The notes under the pieces are model-generated. The model did no database searches, was not told the origin of the DNA, and saw nothing but the letters and a program-made list of their open reading frames with translations. From a virus, in the IMG/VR virus record IMGVR_UViG_3300045003_000166, positions 1-64,000 of that record: DNA of 64,000 nt. The stretch is one strand, 5' to 3'. The position numbers and the translations under genes were made by a program. This document shows, piece after piece, positions 18,798 to 26,711 of this stretch. Position 1 is the stretch's first letter. Every line of letters begins with the position of its first letter.

Positions 18798-20453
18798 CTA
18801 CCCGCGCAGGAAGCCGGAAACGAGCTGAGGCAGGCTGGCGTCGAAACCCGCCACCTGCAGCACGCCCTCGTCCCGCGGGTCCGCGATCGTGTGCCCGGCC
18901 GCGGTCATCGACGCGACGATCAGTCGGGCGTTCGGGTTCCTCGCCGACCGGTACGAGCGCAGTGCCTGGGAGGGGTGCATCTTGCCCGCCCAGGTCTCGT
19001 TGTCGGTCAGGACCAGGAAGCCGTCCGCCACGACGCCCGCTCGCTGCGCCCATGAGAAGGGGAGCGAGAGGTCGGTGCCGCCCCCGGACGGACGCCACGA
19101 CTGGATCTCGCGCAGACTGGTGCGCGCCGTGAGCCGGGAGGCGTGGACACTGGTGTCGACGTCGATGACCTGGACGTTGCCCTTCTCGATCCGGGCCGTG
19201 GTCAGCGCCATGCCGTTCGCGACCTCGTACACGCTGCCCAGCGGCGAACCGCCGAGCGTCATGTGGCTGCTCATCGAGCCGGACGAGTCGACCGCGATCA
19301 CCAGCTTCCTTCCCGACGGCTCGACGTGGCCGAAGGAGAGCTCGAACGCCTCCTCCAGCGCGTCGGAGACGGCGGTGATCGGCGACCAGGTGCGCAGCTT
19401 CGCCTTCGGGTTGGGCTGCGCGGACCCTGAGTTGTAGACCTTCAGGGCGAGGTAGAGGTCCAGCGGGTGGACGCGCGCCTTCGCCAGGGCGCCCGAGTCC
19501 GTCAGCCGCTTCGCCACGTCGCTGACCGAGGATCCCAGCGGGGTGAGGGCGCCGATCCTCGTCATCCGGGCCAGGTTGCGGATCAGGGCCGTCAGGCCCA
19601 CTGTGTGCGCCAGCTCCGCCCAGACCTCCGGCGAGTCCAGCACGCCGTCGTCCAGGAACTCCCACGGCACGCGCAGCGTACGTACGGCTGTCACGGCCTC
19701 GGCCGGACGGGTCACCGACTTGGCGATCCGGTACTTCTCGACGCTCGGCAGCAGCGCGCCCGCCTCCGCCTCGGTGACGGTGCCGGCGAGCCAGCCGAAC
19801 AGCGCCCGGTACGCGGGATCTTCGACGTGCGGCTTCGCGAGCCGGAGCATGTCCTTGAGGGCGAACGGCTCGCCGGAGCCGGTCTTGCGCGCCTTCGCCT
19901 TACACGCCCGGAACGCGACCCGGTCCGCCTCGTCGGACAGGAACCAGTCAGTCAGGGCGGTGCGCATCAGCCGGTTCATCACCGGCTTCGTCCCGCGCCC
20001 CGACGGCTTGCCGCGCAGGTTCTTGTAGTAGCCCCAGAAGTGCGCCAGGTGGTCCGTGGTCCTCGCCACCCGGGGAAGCGCGGCGCGCGCCGCCCGGCGC
20101 GTGTCCAGGTCGCCGGTCGCGACCGCGGCGGCGAGCACGAACAGGGCCGGGAAGTTCTTCGGCGCGCGGGCCGGCTGCGCGGCACTGATCTGGGTGGCCA
20201 GGGCGACCGCGCGCACACCGTCGGCGGTGATCGCGTCGAACACGACCTTCGCGCCCGCGTAGGTGTGCTCCTTCTCCCCCACGTAGTAGGTGCCGCCCGT
20301 GGTGCCGAGGATGACGAAGTCCTCGAGCTTCGTCCACACGTCCTTGGCGAAGGTGAATCCGCCTGCCGAGTTGCGGACCATGTCAGCCTCGCGGCCCAGG
20401 ATCGGCTCGCTCTGCGGCGTACGCACGGTACTGATCGCGGACAGTGCGTCCAT
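18798..20453 (-). CDS. rsr: Ro60/Rsr TROVE-vWA ribonucleoprotein
   Basis: NSAGGFTF, FVILGTTGGTYY, ALIRNLARMT, vWA MIDAS DSSGSM, GGGTDLSLP, TDNETW, AGFDA. Confidence 0.95.
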   Translation of the reverse strand: MDALSAISTVRTPQSEPILGREADMVRNSAGGFTFAKDVWTKLEDFVILGTTGGTYYVGEKEHTYAGAKVVFDAITADGVRAVALATQISAAQPARAPKNFPALFVLAAAVATGDLDTRRAARAALPRVARTTDHLAHFWGYYKNLRGKPSGRGTKPVMNRLMRTALTDWFLSDEADRVAFRACKAKARKTGSGEPFALKDMLRLAKPHVEDPAYRALFGWLAGTVTEAEAGALLPSVEKYRIAKSVTRPAEAVTAVRTLRVPWEFLDDGVLDSPEVWAELAHTVGLTALIRNLARMTRIGALTPLGSSVSDVAKRLTDSGALAKARVHPLDLYLALKVYNSGSAQPNPKAKLRTWSPITAVSDALEEAFELSFGHVEPSGRKLVIAVDSSGSMSSHMTLGGSPLGSVYEVANGMALTTARIEKGNVQVIDVDTSVHASRLTARTSLREIQSWRPSGGGTDLSLPFSWAQRAGVVADGFLVLTDNETWAGKMHPSQALRSYRSARNPNARLIVASMTAAGHTIADPRDEGVLQVAGFDASLPQLVSGFLRG

Positions 20454-20468
20454 GTACGTTCCCTTCTA

Positions 20469-20494
20469 CTCAACCCGGCGAGGTGCCGGATGTG
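20469..20494 (-). promoter_or_regulatory. Ro-binding-site-like hairpin abutting the rsr RBS
   Basis: CACATCCGGC-ACCTC-GCCGGGTTGAG: the same two strands as the Y-RNA stems in swapped order, next to AGAAGGG. Confidence 0.6.
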
Positions 20495-20535
20495 TTGCGT
20501 CCCGCACGCCGTGGTGGATGCGTACGGGCCGAGGA

Positions 20536-20667
20536 GGCGGATGTGGGAGTGAAGACCGGGTTTAAGCGTCTTAGGCCGCTGGACCACCGGACCGGGGAAA
20601 GGCCCGGGCAGGATTCGAACCTGCATCTCTCCTTTGGAAGAGGTAACCGATCTGCGTTCAACCCGCC
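20536..20667 (-). ncRNA. YrlA-like Y RNA, permuted tRNA mimic, UCC loop
   Basis: GGCGGGTTGAA...CACATCCGCC terminal stem; CT-TCC-AA loop; T arm GCAGG-TTCGAAT-CCTGC; loop-closed acceptor stem; D arm. Confidence 0.85.
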
Positions 20668-20722
20668 CGAATTCGTGCTGGTGCCGACCCGTTCGCCTTC
20701 ACCGTGCGCGCGGGGCGGCGGA

Positions 20723-20856
20723 CCGGACGGATGTGGATTTTGGAACCGGGGGAAGTGCTGCCGCTACACCACAGAACCCGTTTCCGGATCCCGGCGGGAT
20801 TCGAACCCGCGCCTTATCTTTACGAGAGATAACCGATCCCTGTTCAACCCGTCCGG
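20723..20856 (-). ncRNA. YrlA-like Y RNA, permuted tRNA mimic, CGU loop
   Basis: CCGGACGGGTTGAA...CACATCCGTCCGG; TATCT-CTCGTAA-AGATA; GCGGG-TTCGAAT-CCCGC; GAAA-capped acceptor stem; D arm. Confidence 0.85.
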
Positions 20857-20914
20857 GTTGCCGTGCTGGTGGTGCTCAAAACCCGGACCCTGAGGGAACC
20901 GGGTGGTGCAAGGT

Positions 20915-21050
20915 GTCCGGATGTGGAGTCGACCACCGGTGTTAAGCGCTCTGCCAATTGAGCTACCGACCTGTTTTACCAGCTCGGGCGGGACTTGAAC
21001 CCGCAACCACTCTCTTAACAGGAGATAACCGACGGTCTTTCAACCCGGAC
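20915..21050 (-). ncRNA. YrlA-like Y RNA, permuted tRNA mimic, GUU loop
   Basis: GTCCGGGTTGAA...CACATCCGGAC; TCTC-CTGTTAA-GAGA; GCGGG-TTCAAGT-CCCGC; D arm TAGCTCAATTGGCAGAGC. Confidence 0.88.
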
Positions 21051-21063
21051 GAAGTCTGTGCGG

Positions 21064-21134
21064 CGGAACGGATGTGGAGTGCTGCTACCGGATCAATCGC
21101 CAAAAGATAACCGGCGGCGTTTCAACCCGTTCCG
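21064..21134 (-). ncRNA. short Y RNA without tRNA-like domain
   Basis: CGGAACGGGTTGAA...CGGTTATCT...CCGG...CCACATCCGTTCCG; starts at the predicted +1 of the motif promoter. Confidence 0.75.
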
Positions 21135-21140
21135 TGGAAC

Positions 21141-21170
21141 ACGCTACAGGGCGGCGTGACTATCCGTCAA
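21141..21170 (-). promoter_or_regulatory. motif promoter driving the Y-RNA/rsr operon
   Basis: TTGACGGATAGTCAC, 18-nt spacer, TAGCGT. Confidence 0.75.
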
Positions 21171-21518
21171 CTCAATTTTGTCGGCATCAGTCAGTCCGCC
21201 CGCAATCATGGCGCGCGTCTTGCGTGACACCGACACCAACAGGTCGCCCTCGTACTTCACGCGGACCACCGCGACCAGCACGGCGTCGCCGTACACGGGT
21301 GACAGGGTCAGCGCCTCGGCTCGGCGGTTGAACGGGACGACGGCATCGAGCGGGTGGGAGTGCAGGTCCAGGAACGCGCCGCGGTCCGTGCCCACCTGCA
21401 CATGCGGACCGGGCGCCAGCCGGCGCACGACACGCCGCGCCCAACCCTGGAAGGGAGGAAGCCAGACAGAACGCACCGGCTTGCCGTCGTCGGCCGGGAT
21501 GAGGAGGGCGCGCATCAT
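21144..21518 (-). CDS. hypothetical protein (DUF3846-like)
   Basis: ALLIPAD...PFNRRA...VYGDAVL pattern. Confidence 0.5.
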   Translation of the reverse strand: MMRALLIPADDGKPVRSVWLPPFQGWARRVVRRLAPGPHVQVGTDRGAFLDLHSHPLDAVVPFNRRAEALTLSPVYGDAVLVAVVRVKYEGDLLVSVSRKTRAMIAGGLTDADKIELTDSHAAL

Positions 21519-21684
21519 CTCTTCCTTCGCTGCTTGGACTTGTAAGGGCTCTTGATGACGGGCGCCTGGGACAGGTCATGGACCTTGTCCACGTCGTACA
21601 CCCACGGCTGCCACGCGGCCCGCGTGTGGGCGGCGAACACCGCCGGGTCGCCGAGTTCGGCGACCAGCTGGTCGTAGATGGGTG

Positions 21685-21939
21685 TCACGGTGCCTCCTTC
21701 AGGCGATAACGTCCCTTGATCCGGTCGGAGATCTCGTCCACCCGGTCCCAGTACTGGCGCGGCACGGCGCAGGCGTCCGCGCAGAAGTCGACGAGCGCGG
21801 CGATGAGGATCGCCGGGTCGGTGCGCAGCGCCGTGTAGTGGGTGGCGATGCTGTCCGGCAGGTGGGCCTCGTCCACCTTCTTGTAGCGCTTCGCCAGGTA
21901 GGCGACCTGGCGATTCAGGTCGTCGAGAGCGGCGGTCAT
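21685..21939 (-). CDS. hypothetical protein
   Basis: ATGA-coupled gene chain. Confidence 0.55.
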   Translation of the reverse strand: MTAALDDLNRQVAYLAKRYKKVDEAHLPDSIATHYTALRTDPAILIAALVDFCADACAVPRQYWDRVDEISDRIKGRYRLKEAP

Positions 21940-22190
21940 GCGGCGTGCGGCTCGTAGATCGCGGCCAGCAGCCGGTAGTGGTGCTCGATCTTGTCCTTCA
22001 CAGCGTTGCCCTCGCCGTAGCCGTCTTTCAGCCACCGACGCCGCAACTCGTACAGGTCCTTGACCTGCTTCCATGCGAACTCGTGATGCCGTTTCTCGGC
22101 GGTCGAGAACCCCGGCGGCTCGTTGACCAGCGCCGCCAGGGACTCCTGCAGAACCCTCATCGTGTCTCTTCGCACGTCGGGAACGCTCAT
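21936..22190 (-). CDS. hypothetical protein
   Basis: GGAGG RBS; coupled. Confidence 0.55.
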   Translation of the reverse strand: MSVPDVRRDTMRVLQESLAALVNEPPGFSTAEKRHHEFAWKQVKDLYELRRRWLKDGYGEGNAVKDKIEHHYRLLAAIYEPHAA

Positions 22191-22519
22191 CCCACCTCCA
22201 CCCACTTCCTCAGCTCGTTGGTGACCAGCTGCACCTGGGTGCGCAGCCCCTCGTTCTCCTGCGCCAGGCGGACGTTTTCGGCCAGCACCTCGGCGCACTG
22301 GGCGCAGGCCTGCGCATCCGGTTCGGCTTTCAGCAGGCGCAGCTGATCGGCGCGGTACGCCCTCTCGAACTTGTCGCCGTCCACCAGGACGTAGAACAGC
22401 CGCGCCTTCGCCTCCCCCGGTACCTGGGCGGAGCTGACCACGGTGCCCGGTTTCCAGCCGGCCATCCGCCGCACCTCCACCCGGTCGCCCTTGGCATAGA
22501 GGTTCCGTTCGTCAGCCAC
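22187..22519 (-). CDS. SH3-like plus coiled-coil protein
   Basis: YAKGDRVEV...WKPGTVV. Confidence 0.55.
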   Translation of the reverse strand: MADERNLYAKGDRVEVRRMAGWKPGTVVSSAQVPGEAKARLFYVLVDGDKFERAYRADQLRLLKAEPDAQACAQCAEVLAENVRLAQENEGLRTQVQLVTNELRKWVEVG

Positions 22520-22814
22520 GTCCGGCTCTCCCGGTCAGCCGCCGCTCGCGCTTCTGCTCGTCCAGCGTCAGCACGAAGCCCCGGTTCTGCAGCGGGAACC
22601 AGCCCATCCGGAAGCAGATCCCGATCAAGTGATCGGCGCCGGTCGCGCCCAAGCGCCTGCTCATCCGGCCCAGGTGCGATTTCACGCTAAAGGCGCTGAT
22701 GTGCACCCGCTTGGCCACGCCCTTCTGCCCCAGGCCGTGGGCGATGAACCAGAGGATCTCCAGTTCCCGCTCGGTGGGCGCGGTCCCGAGAGCGGGATAG
22801 TTGCGGCCGGCCAT
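22512..22814 (-). CDS. stand-alone LuxR HTH, WhiI-like C-terminal domain
   Basis: TERELEIL...ISAFSVKSHLGRMSRRLG; no receiver domain. Confidence 0.8.
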   Translation of the reverse strand: MAGRNYPALGTAPTERELEILWFIAHGLGQKGVAKRVHISAFSVKSHLGRMSRRLGATGADHLIGICFRMGWFPLQNRGFVLTLDEQKRERRLTGRAGRG

Positions 22815-23044
22815 CACGTGCTCCAGTGGTCGCGAATGTGGATGAGCTTGCCGATCAGTGCCTCGAGCCGAGCAAAGTAGGCCGGGCTGACCACCTCCAA
22901 ACCACCCACGCCGTCCGGGACGGCGGTGACGGAGGCCAGCCGGGCGGCGGTCAGGCCGCACAGTAGGTCGACATCCGCCTTGTCGATCTCCTGCGCGCGC
23001 CGCTCGGCCAGCCGCCGTAGCGCGCGCTCCTGACGGCGGCTCAC
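22814..23044 (-). CDS. hypothetical protein
   Basis: GTGA-coupled between the two HTH genes. Confidence 0.5.
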   Translation of the reverse strand: MSRRQERALRRLAERRAQEIDKADVDLLCGLTAARLASVTAVPDGVGGLEVVSPAYFARLEALIGKLIHIRDHWST

Positions 23045-23430
23045 ACCTGCTCCCCGACCGCGTGCAGGCGCCTGACCACCGTCTGCGCGATCCGGCCGGG
23101 AACGCCAGTGAGGGCGAAGAGCACCGCTTTCGCCTCCCGGGCCAGGGACTCGTCGTGTACGGCGAGCCAGCGCAGCACGTCCGGGTCCAGCAGGTCCCAC
23201 TTCTCCGGAGGCGCGGCCACGGTTCCGGTGTTCTGGCGGATGGCGATCAGGCCCTTGTCGATCAGGCACGCCACCGCCTCCCGAACGACCGTGCGCGACA
23301 CGCCGTACTGCTCGCACAGCTCGTGCGCGTTGGTGGCCTCCAGGTCGCCCGCGACGATGCGCGCGCCGAGGATCTCGACGAGCCGCTGGGTGAGGCTGGG
23401 GTTGGAGATGTGGTCCAGGGCGGCTGTCAT
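23041..23430 (-). CDS. truncated GntR/FadR wHTH, WhiH-like
   Basis: LGARIVAGDL...YGVSRTVVREA...KGLI..RQNTGT...WDLLDPDVLRW; lacks the FCD effector domain. Confidence 0.8.
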   Translation of the reverse strand: MTAALDHISNPSLTQRLVEILGARIVAGDLEATNAHELCEQYGVSRTVVREAVACLIDKGLIAIRQNTGTVAAPPEKWDLLDPDVLRWLAVHDESLAREAKAVLFALTGVPGRIAQTVVRRLHAVGEQV

Positions 23431-23939
23431 GGCCGCGCTCCTTCCAGGTGGCGCCGCGCACTGCACGTCGCACGGTATTGAAGAGCTCTTAGAGCGCTGT
23501 CTTTGATCCCCATCACCCGCGCCGCCTCGCACACGTCGAGGTCGAGCAGGAAGCGCAGCGTCAGGCACTTCGCCTGGGGAGCGGACAGACGGGGCAGTAC
23601 ATCGACGACAGCGTGGCGTTCCGCGAGCGTCGCCGGGTTGTCGGGCTCCCGGCCCCACACCATCGGCTCGTCCGCATAGAACTCGGCGCACAGGCCTTCG
23701 CGTTCGAAGCGGGCCGACTTGCGGAAGTCGAGGAATACGCGGGTGGTGATCGTCTGCAGCCACGGGCCGTAACCGCGCCCGTCGTCCGTGAAGCCGTCCA
23801 GATTGCGCAGGGCTTTGACGAACACGTCGTGGGTGAGGTCTTCCGCGTCACTCGCATTGCGCACGCGCAGGTAGAAGAACCGGAACACCCACGGGCGGTT
23901 GTCCGCGTAGAGCTGCGAGACCGCGTCAGTCCCGTCCAC
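23427..23939 (-). CDS. ECF sigma factor, BldN/AdsA-like
   Basis: Region 2 DAEDLTHDVFVKALR...WL; DFRKSARFERE; region 4 CLTLRFL...AARVMG...LQYRA. Confidence 0.88.
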   Translation of the reverse strand: MDGTDAVSQLYADNRPWVFRFFYLRVRNASDAEDLTHDVFVKALRNLDGFTDDGRGYGPWLQTITTRVFLDFRKSARFEREGLCAEFYADEPMVWGREPDNPATLAERHAVVDVLPRLSAPQAKCLTLRFLLDLDVCEAARVMGIKDSALRALQYRATCSARRHLEGARP

Positions 23940-24216
23940 ACAGGCTCCTGACGACGCGCACCAGCCGGGGAGTGGCCGCGATCGCGGTCGCGGCGGTGGC
24001 CAGCAGGACGTACACGGAGCTCACCCAGATCGCGGCATGCCAGGACTGTGCCCAGTCGCCGGTCAGGATGTGGCAGAGCCAAGCGGAGGCGAAGAACGTC
24101 CCCGTCGCGGCGGCCAAGATGACAGCCCCGGCCAGTGCGGTGTCGCGGACGGTTCGGGAATGCAGAACGCGGAACAGCACGAAGTCCCCCAGACAGGTGT
24201 AAAACGTGACGTTCCG

Positions 24217-24246
24217 ATGGTACGACGATACGTGACTATCCGTCAA
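24217..24246 (-). promoter_or_regulatory. motif promoter upstream of the sigma/HTH cluster
   Basis: TTGACGGATAGTCAC, 18-nt spacer, TACCAT. Confidence 0.7.
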
Positions 24247-24508
24247 GACAAGGGACGCTTATTCGACCTCGTCTTTGAGGAGCACGCCGAAGCAGTAGCA
24301 CTGGTCGCGGGTGCACTCGTCGCAGACGAGGCAACAACCGCACTCCTCGCAGAAGGCCTCACCGCATACCGGCTCGTCGTCCTCGGCCGGCGCCTCGTCC
24401 ATGCCACTCACCACGCACGCGGTCCCTTCCAGTACTGCTTGGAGTACCAGCGCGTCGCACACCGCCCCGACCGGGCGGCCAGATGGAGCGACCGGCTCGC
24501 GCCGCGCC

Positions 24509-24880
24509 TCACACCGGTTTCGGCCAGCAGGCCGCGTACTCGTCGTAGAGACCGGCCTCTTTCAACAGCCCGACGACGAGGCGGCCGGCCTCCGTGATCC
24601 GCCAGAAGTCGCTGAACGGCCGCTCGTTGGTCGGTCCTTCGCCCTTGGCCGGCTGCCACAGGTGCTCGACCAGGCCGCGGCGTTCCAGCCCCGGCGCGCC
24701 GGTGGCGAACAAGGACGGTGACCTCACCCAGAACGACGGGTCGATCCGGTGCTTGCCGGCCGCCTCCAGCTCGAGCACCCAGTCGATGTAGACCAGCGTC
24801 TCGATATGCGTCTTGCGCAGGTCCAGGACGAAGGCCCGGCTGGTGGTGTAAGCGCGCAGCGCCTCATTCCGAATGGACAC
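24509..24880 (-). CDS. hypothetical protein (possible winged helix)
   Basis: LERRGLV...WRITEAGR. Confidence 0.55.
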   Translation of the reverse strand: MSIRNEALRAYTTSRAFVLDLRKTHIETLVYIDWVLELEAAGKHRIDPSFWVRSPSLFATGAPGLERRGLVEHLWQPAKGEGPTNERPFSDFWRITEAGRLVVGLLKEAGLYDEYAACWPKPV

Positions 24881-25196
24881 AGAGATCTCCTCGGCAGTCC
24901 GCGTGCCGTTCAAGGGCCTTGACGACGACGCACGGCCACGTATCGCAGCTGCGGTCGCGGTAGGGACAGCCGCCACACTCCAACCACGCCTCGCGCCAGT
25001 GCAGGACGGGGAAATGGCGGTCAACCAGGTCGGTGGACAGGCAGTCGTCGCGTCGAAGGATCTTCAGCCGCAGATCGCTGTGGTGTGCCTGCGCCGCGGC
25101 CATGCGGTCAGCCCGTGCAGCGGCGAGCTCGGCCGCTTCCCTCTCCCGGTCCGCCTTGCGCCGCTGCCTGGCCGCGTACCGCTCGGCTGCTGTCAT
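24864..25196 (-). CDS. hypothetical Cys-rich protein
   Basis: HFP...CGGC...WPC motif. Confidence 0.5.
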   Translation of the reverse strand: MTAAERYAARQRRKADREREAAELAAARADRMAAAQAHHSDLRLKILRRDDCLSTDLVDRHFPVLHWREAWLECGGCPYRDRSCDTWPCVVVKALERHADCRGDLCVHSE

Positions 25197-25198
25197 CC

Positions 25199-25684
25199 TC
25201 ACCGGAACATCGGTCCCGACCGCTCGTGCTCCATCCACCGCAGGTACACCGGGTAGCCGAGGCCGAGCGACGGCGGAACTTGGTGCGTGTAGCGCGCCCA
25301 CGGATAGGCGGTCATGTGGTGCCAGGTCGCGGTCACCGTCCCGGTGGCGGTCCGGGTCAGCATCTTCGGCGGCCGGCGCCGGGCGAGAGCGCGCATCCAC
25401 CAGCGCTCGCAGTACTGGTGCTTGAAGTGCTGCCACCAGGTCTCCGGGTAGTCGACACTGACCGAGCCGGTCTGCGTCACCGTGTTGTCCGGCAGTTTCT
25501 CGCCCAGGACGTACGCGGACAACTGCATCAGCAGGCCCTCGTAGGCCATCTCCCGGGTCTCGAGCCGGGCGGTCTCCATCAGCTCGCGCGACAACATGGT
25601 GCGCACCTGTACCCGCTGCCAGGTCAGCATGATGCTGGTGTCCGACGTGTCGCCGGACAGTCTGTTGCGGTGCCAGTCGCTCAC
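25199..25684 (-). CDS. hypothetical protein
   Basis: Coupled ORF; YPETWWQHFK motif. Confidence 0.6.
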   Translation of the reverse strand: MSDWHRNRLSGDTSDTSIMLTWQRVQVRTMLSRELMETARLETREMAYEGLLMQLSAYVLGEKLPDNTVTQTGSVSVDYPETWWQHFKHQYCERWWMRALARRRPPKMLTRTATGTVTATWHHMTAYPWARYTHQVPPSLGLGYPVYLRWMEHERSGPMFR

Positions 25685-25878
25685 GCCACGACCTTGCGCG
25701 TCACCGTGGTCACGACCTCCACCACCCGCATCTTCGCGCCGCGGTACGCCTTCTCCGACACGCGCACGTCGCGATAGTCCACCGCGCGCTGCTTGTCGGT
25801 GAAGCCGCCGAAGTCGTGCTCCCAGGCGTCGCCGTACTCGTACTGGACCTCGTACTCGGTCTCAGTCTCCGGATCCAT
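25681..25878 (-). CDS. hypothetical protein
   Basis: GAGGA RBS; coupled. Confidence 0.5.
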   Translation of the reverse strand: MDPETETEYEVQYEYGDAWEHDFGGFTDKQRAVDYRDVRVSEKAYRGAKMRVVEVVTTVTRKVVA

Positions 25879-26056
25879 CGTCCTCGTCCTCTCCCCAGAT
25901 CAGCGCGTACAGAGCCTCGGCCAGGTGCGCGGTCTCCTCGTCGGCTGCCAGTTGGAAGTCCGCGACCGGCCGTTCCTGCCCCATCCACCCGCACACGCAC
26001 TCGGGCCGCACCGTTGCAGCCGACGGGAAGAGGAGGACGCGCGTGACGCAGCTCAT
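25862..26056 (-). CDS. small CxCGW zinc-binding-like protein
   Basis: ECVCGW...H; start possibly set by the upstream (AC)n tract. Confidence 0.45.
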   Translation of the reverse strand: MSCVTRVLLFPSAATVRPECVCGWMGQERPVADFQLAADEETAHLAEALYALIWGEDEDDGSGD

Positions 26057-26060
26057 CGCG

Positions 26061-26080
26061 GTGTGTGTGTGTGTGTGTGT
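26061..26080. repeat. (GT)10 microsatellite
   Basis: Perfect dinucleotide tract. Confidence 0.95.
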
Positions 26081-26522
26081 CCGGTTTCACCGCTCGGTGC
26101 GCCTCAGTCGGCCGGGGCGAAGCAGTCCGGCAGCACCGGCGCCCCGCCCACGGCAGCGCGGTGGGCGTTTTTCGCGGCCGTCGCCGCGGTCCTGGCGTCC
26201 GCGGTGTCATCGACCGTCAAACTGAACCGGCCGCACTCGCACCGCACGCTCAGAAGGCCGTCCGGCTGCGACTCCGTGTAGATCGTGTGCCCGGTCGCCG
26301 TCCGGGGCGCGTCACTCGGCGTCGTCGGTTCGGACATCGTCCGACCCTCCGCGCTTCGCCCACGCGTCCTGCCAGTTGATCAGGACGAGCATGGTGCCGA
26401 TGATCCCGACCACGATCGCGCAGAATTGTTCGAACCCTGTCATCTGGCGACCTTGAAGACGATGTAGACAACGGCGATCAGCAAACCGTCGTTGATCAGG
26501 TCGTCCACGACATGTGCCCAGT

Positions 26523-26711
26523 TCACGGGAGCTTCTCCAGTTCGTCGATGTAGAAGTTGGTGCCGTCCTCGTCCCCGTCGAGCTGCACGTGGTAGACCCG
26601 GCTGCCCTCGCGGTGCTCGACCACCACGCCGGCCTCGCCCATCAGGGAGGACAGGCGGTTGATGACCATCACCCGGTCGCCGGTCTGCAGCCGGGTGCGC
26701 AGGCCTCTCAC
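26523..26711 (-). CDS. small KOW/SH3-like protein
   Basis: LQTGDRVMV...GEAGVVV. Confidence 0.5.
   Translation of the reverse strand: MRGLRTRLQTGDRVMVINRLSSLMGEAGVVVEHREGSRVYHVQLDGDEDGTNFYIDELEKLP

Noticed and set aside
20444-21006. Short ORFs called across the Y-RNA array
   Set aside because: No RBS or coding bias; the region is fully explained by structured RNAs.
20469-21134. Repeated GGATGTG/TCAACCC units read as a CRISPR array or as ordinary tRNA genes
   Set aside because: The repeats are paired ends of structured RNAs with irregular spacing, no cas genes are present, and arm order is permuted with closed acceptor stems, so they are neither CRISPR nor chargeable tRNAs.
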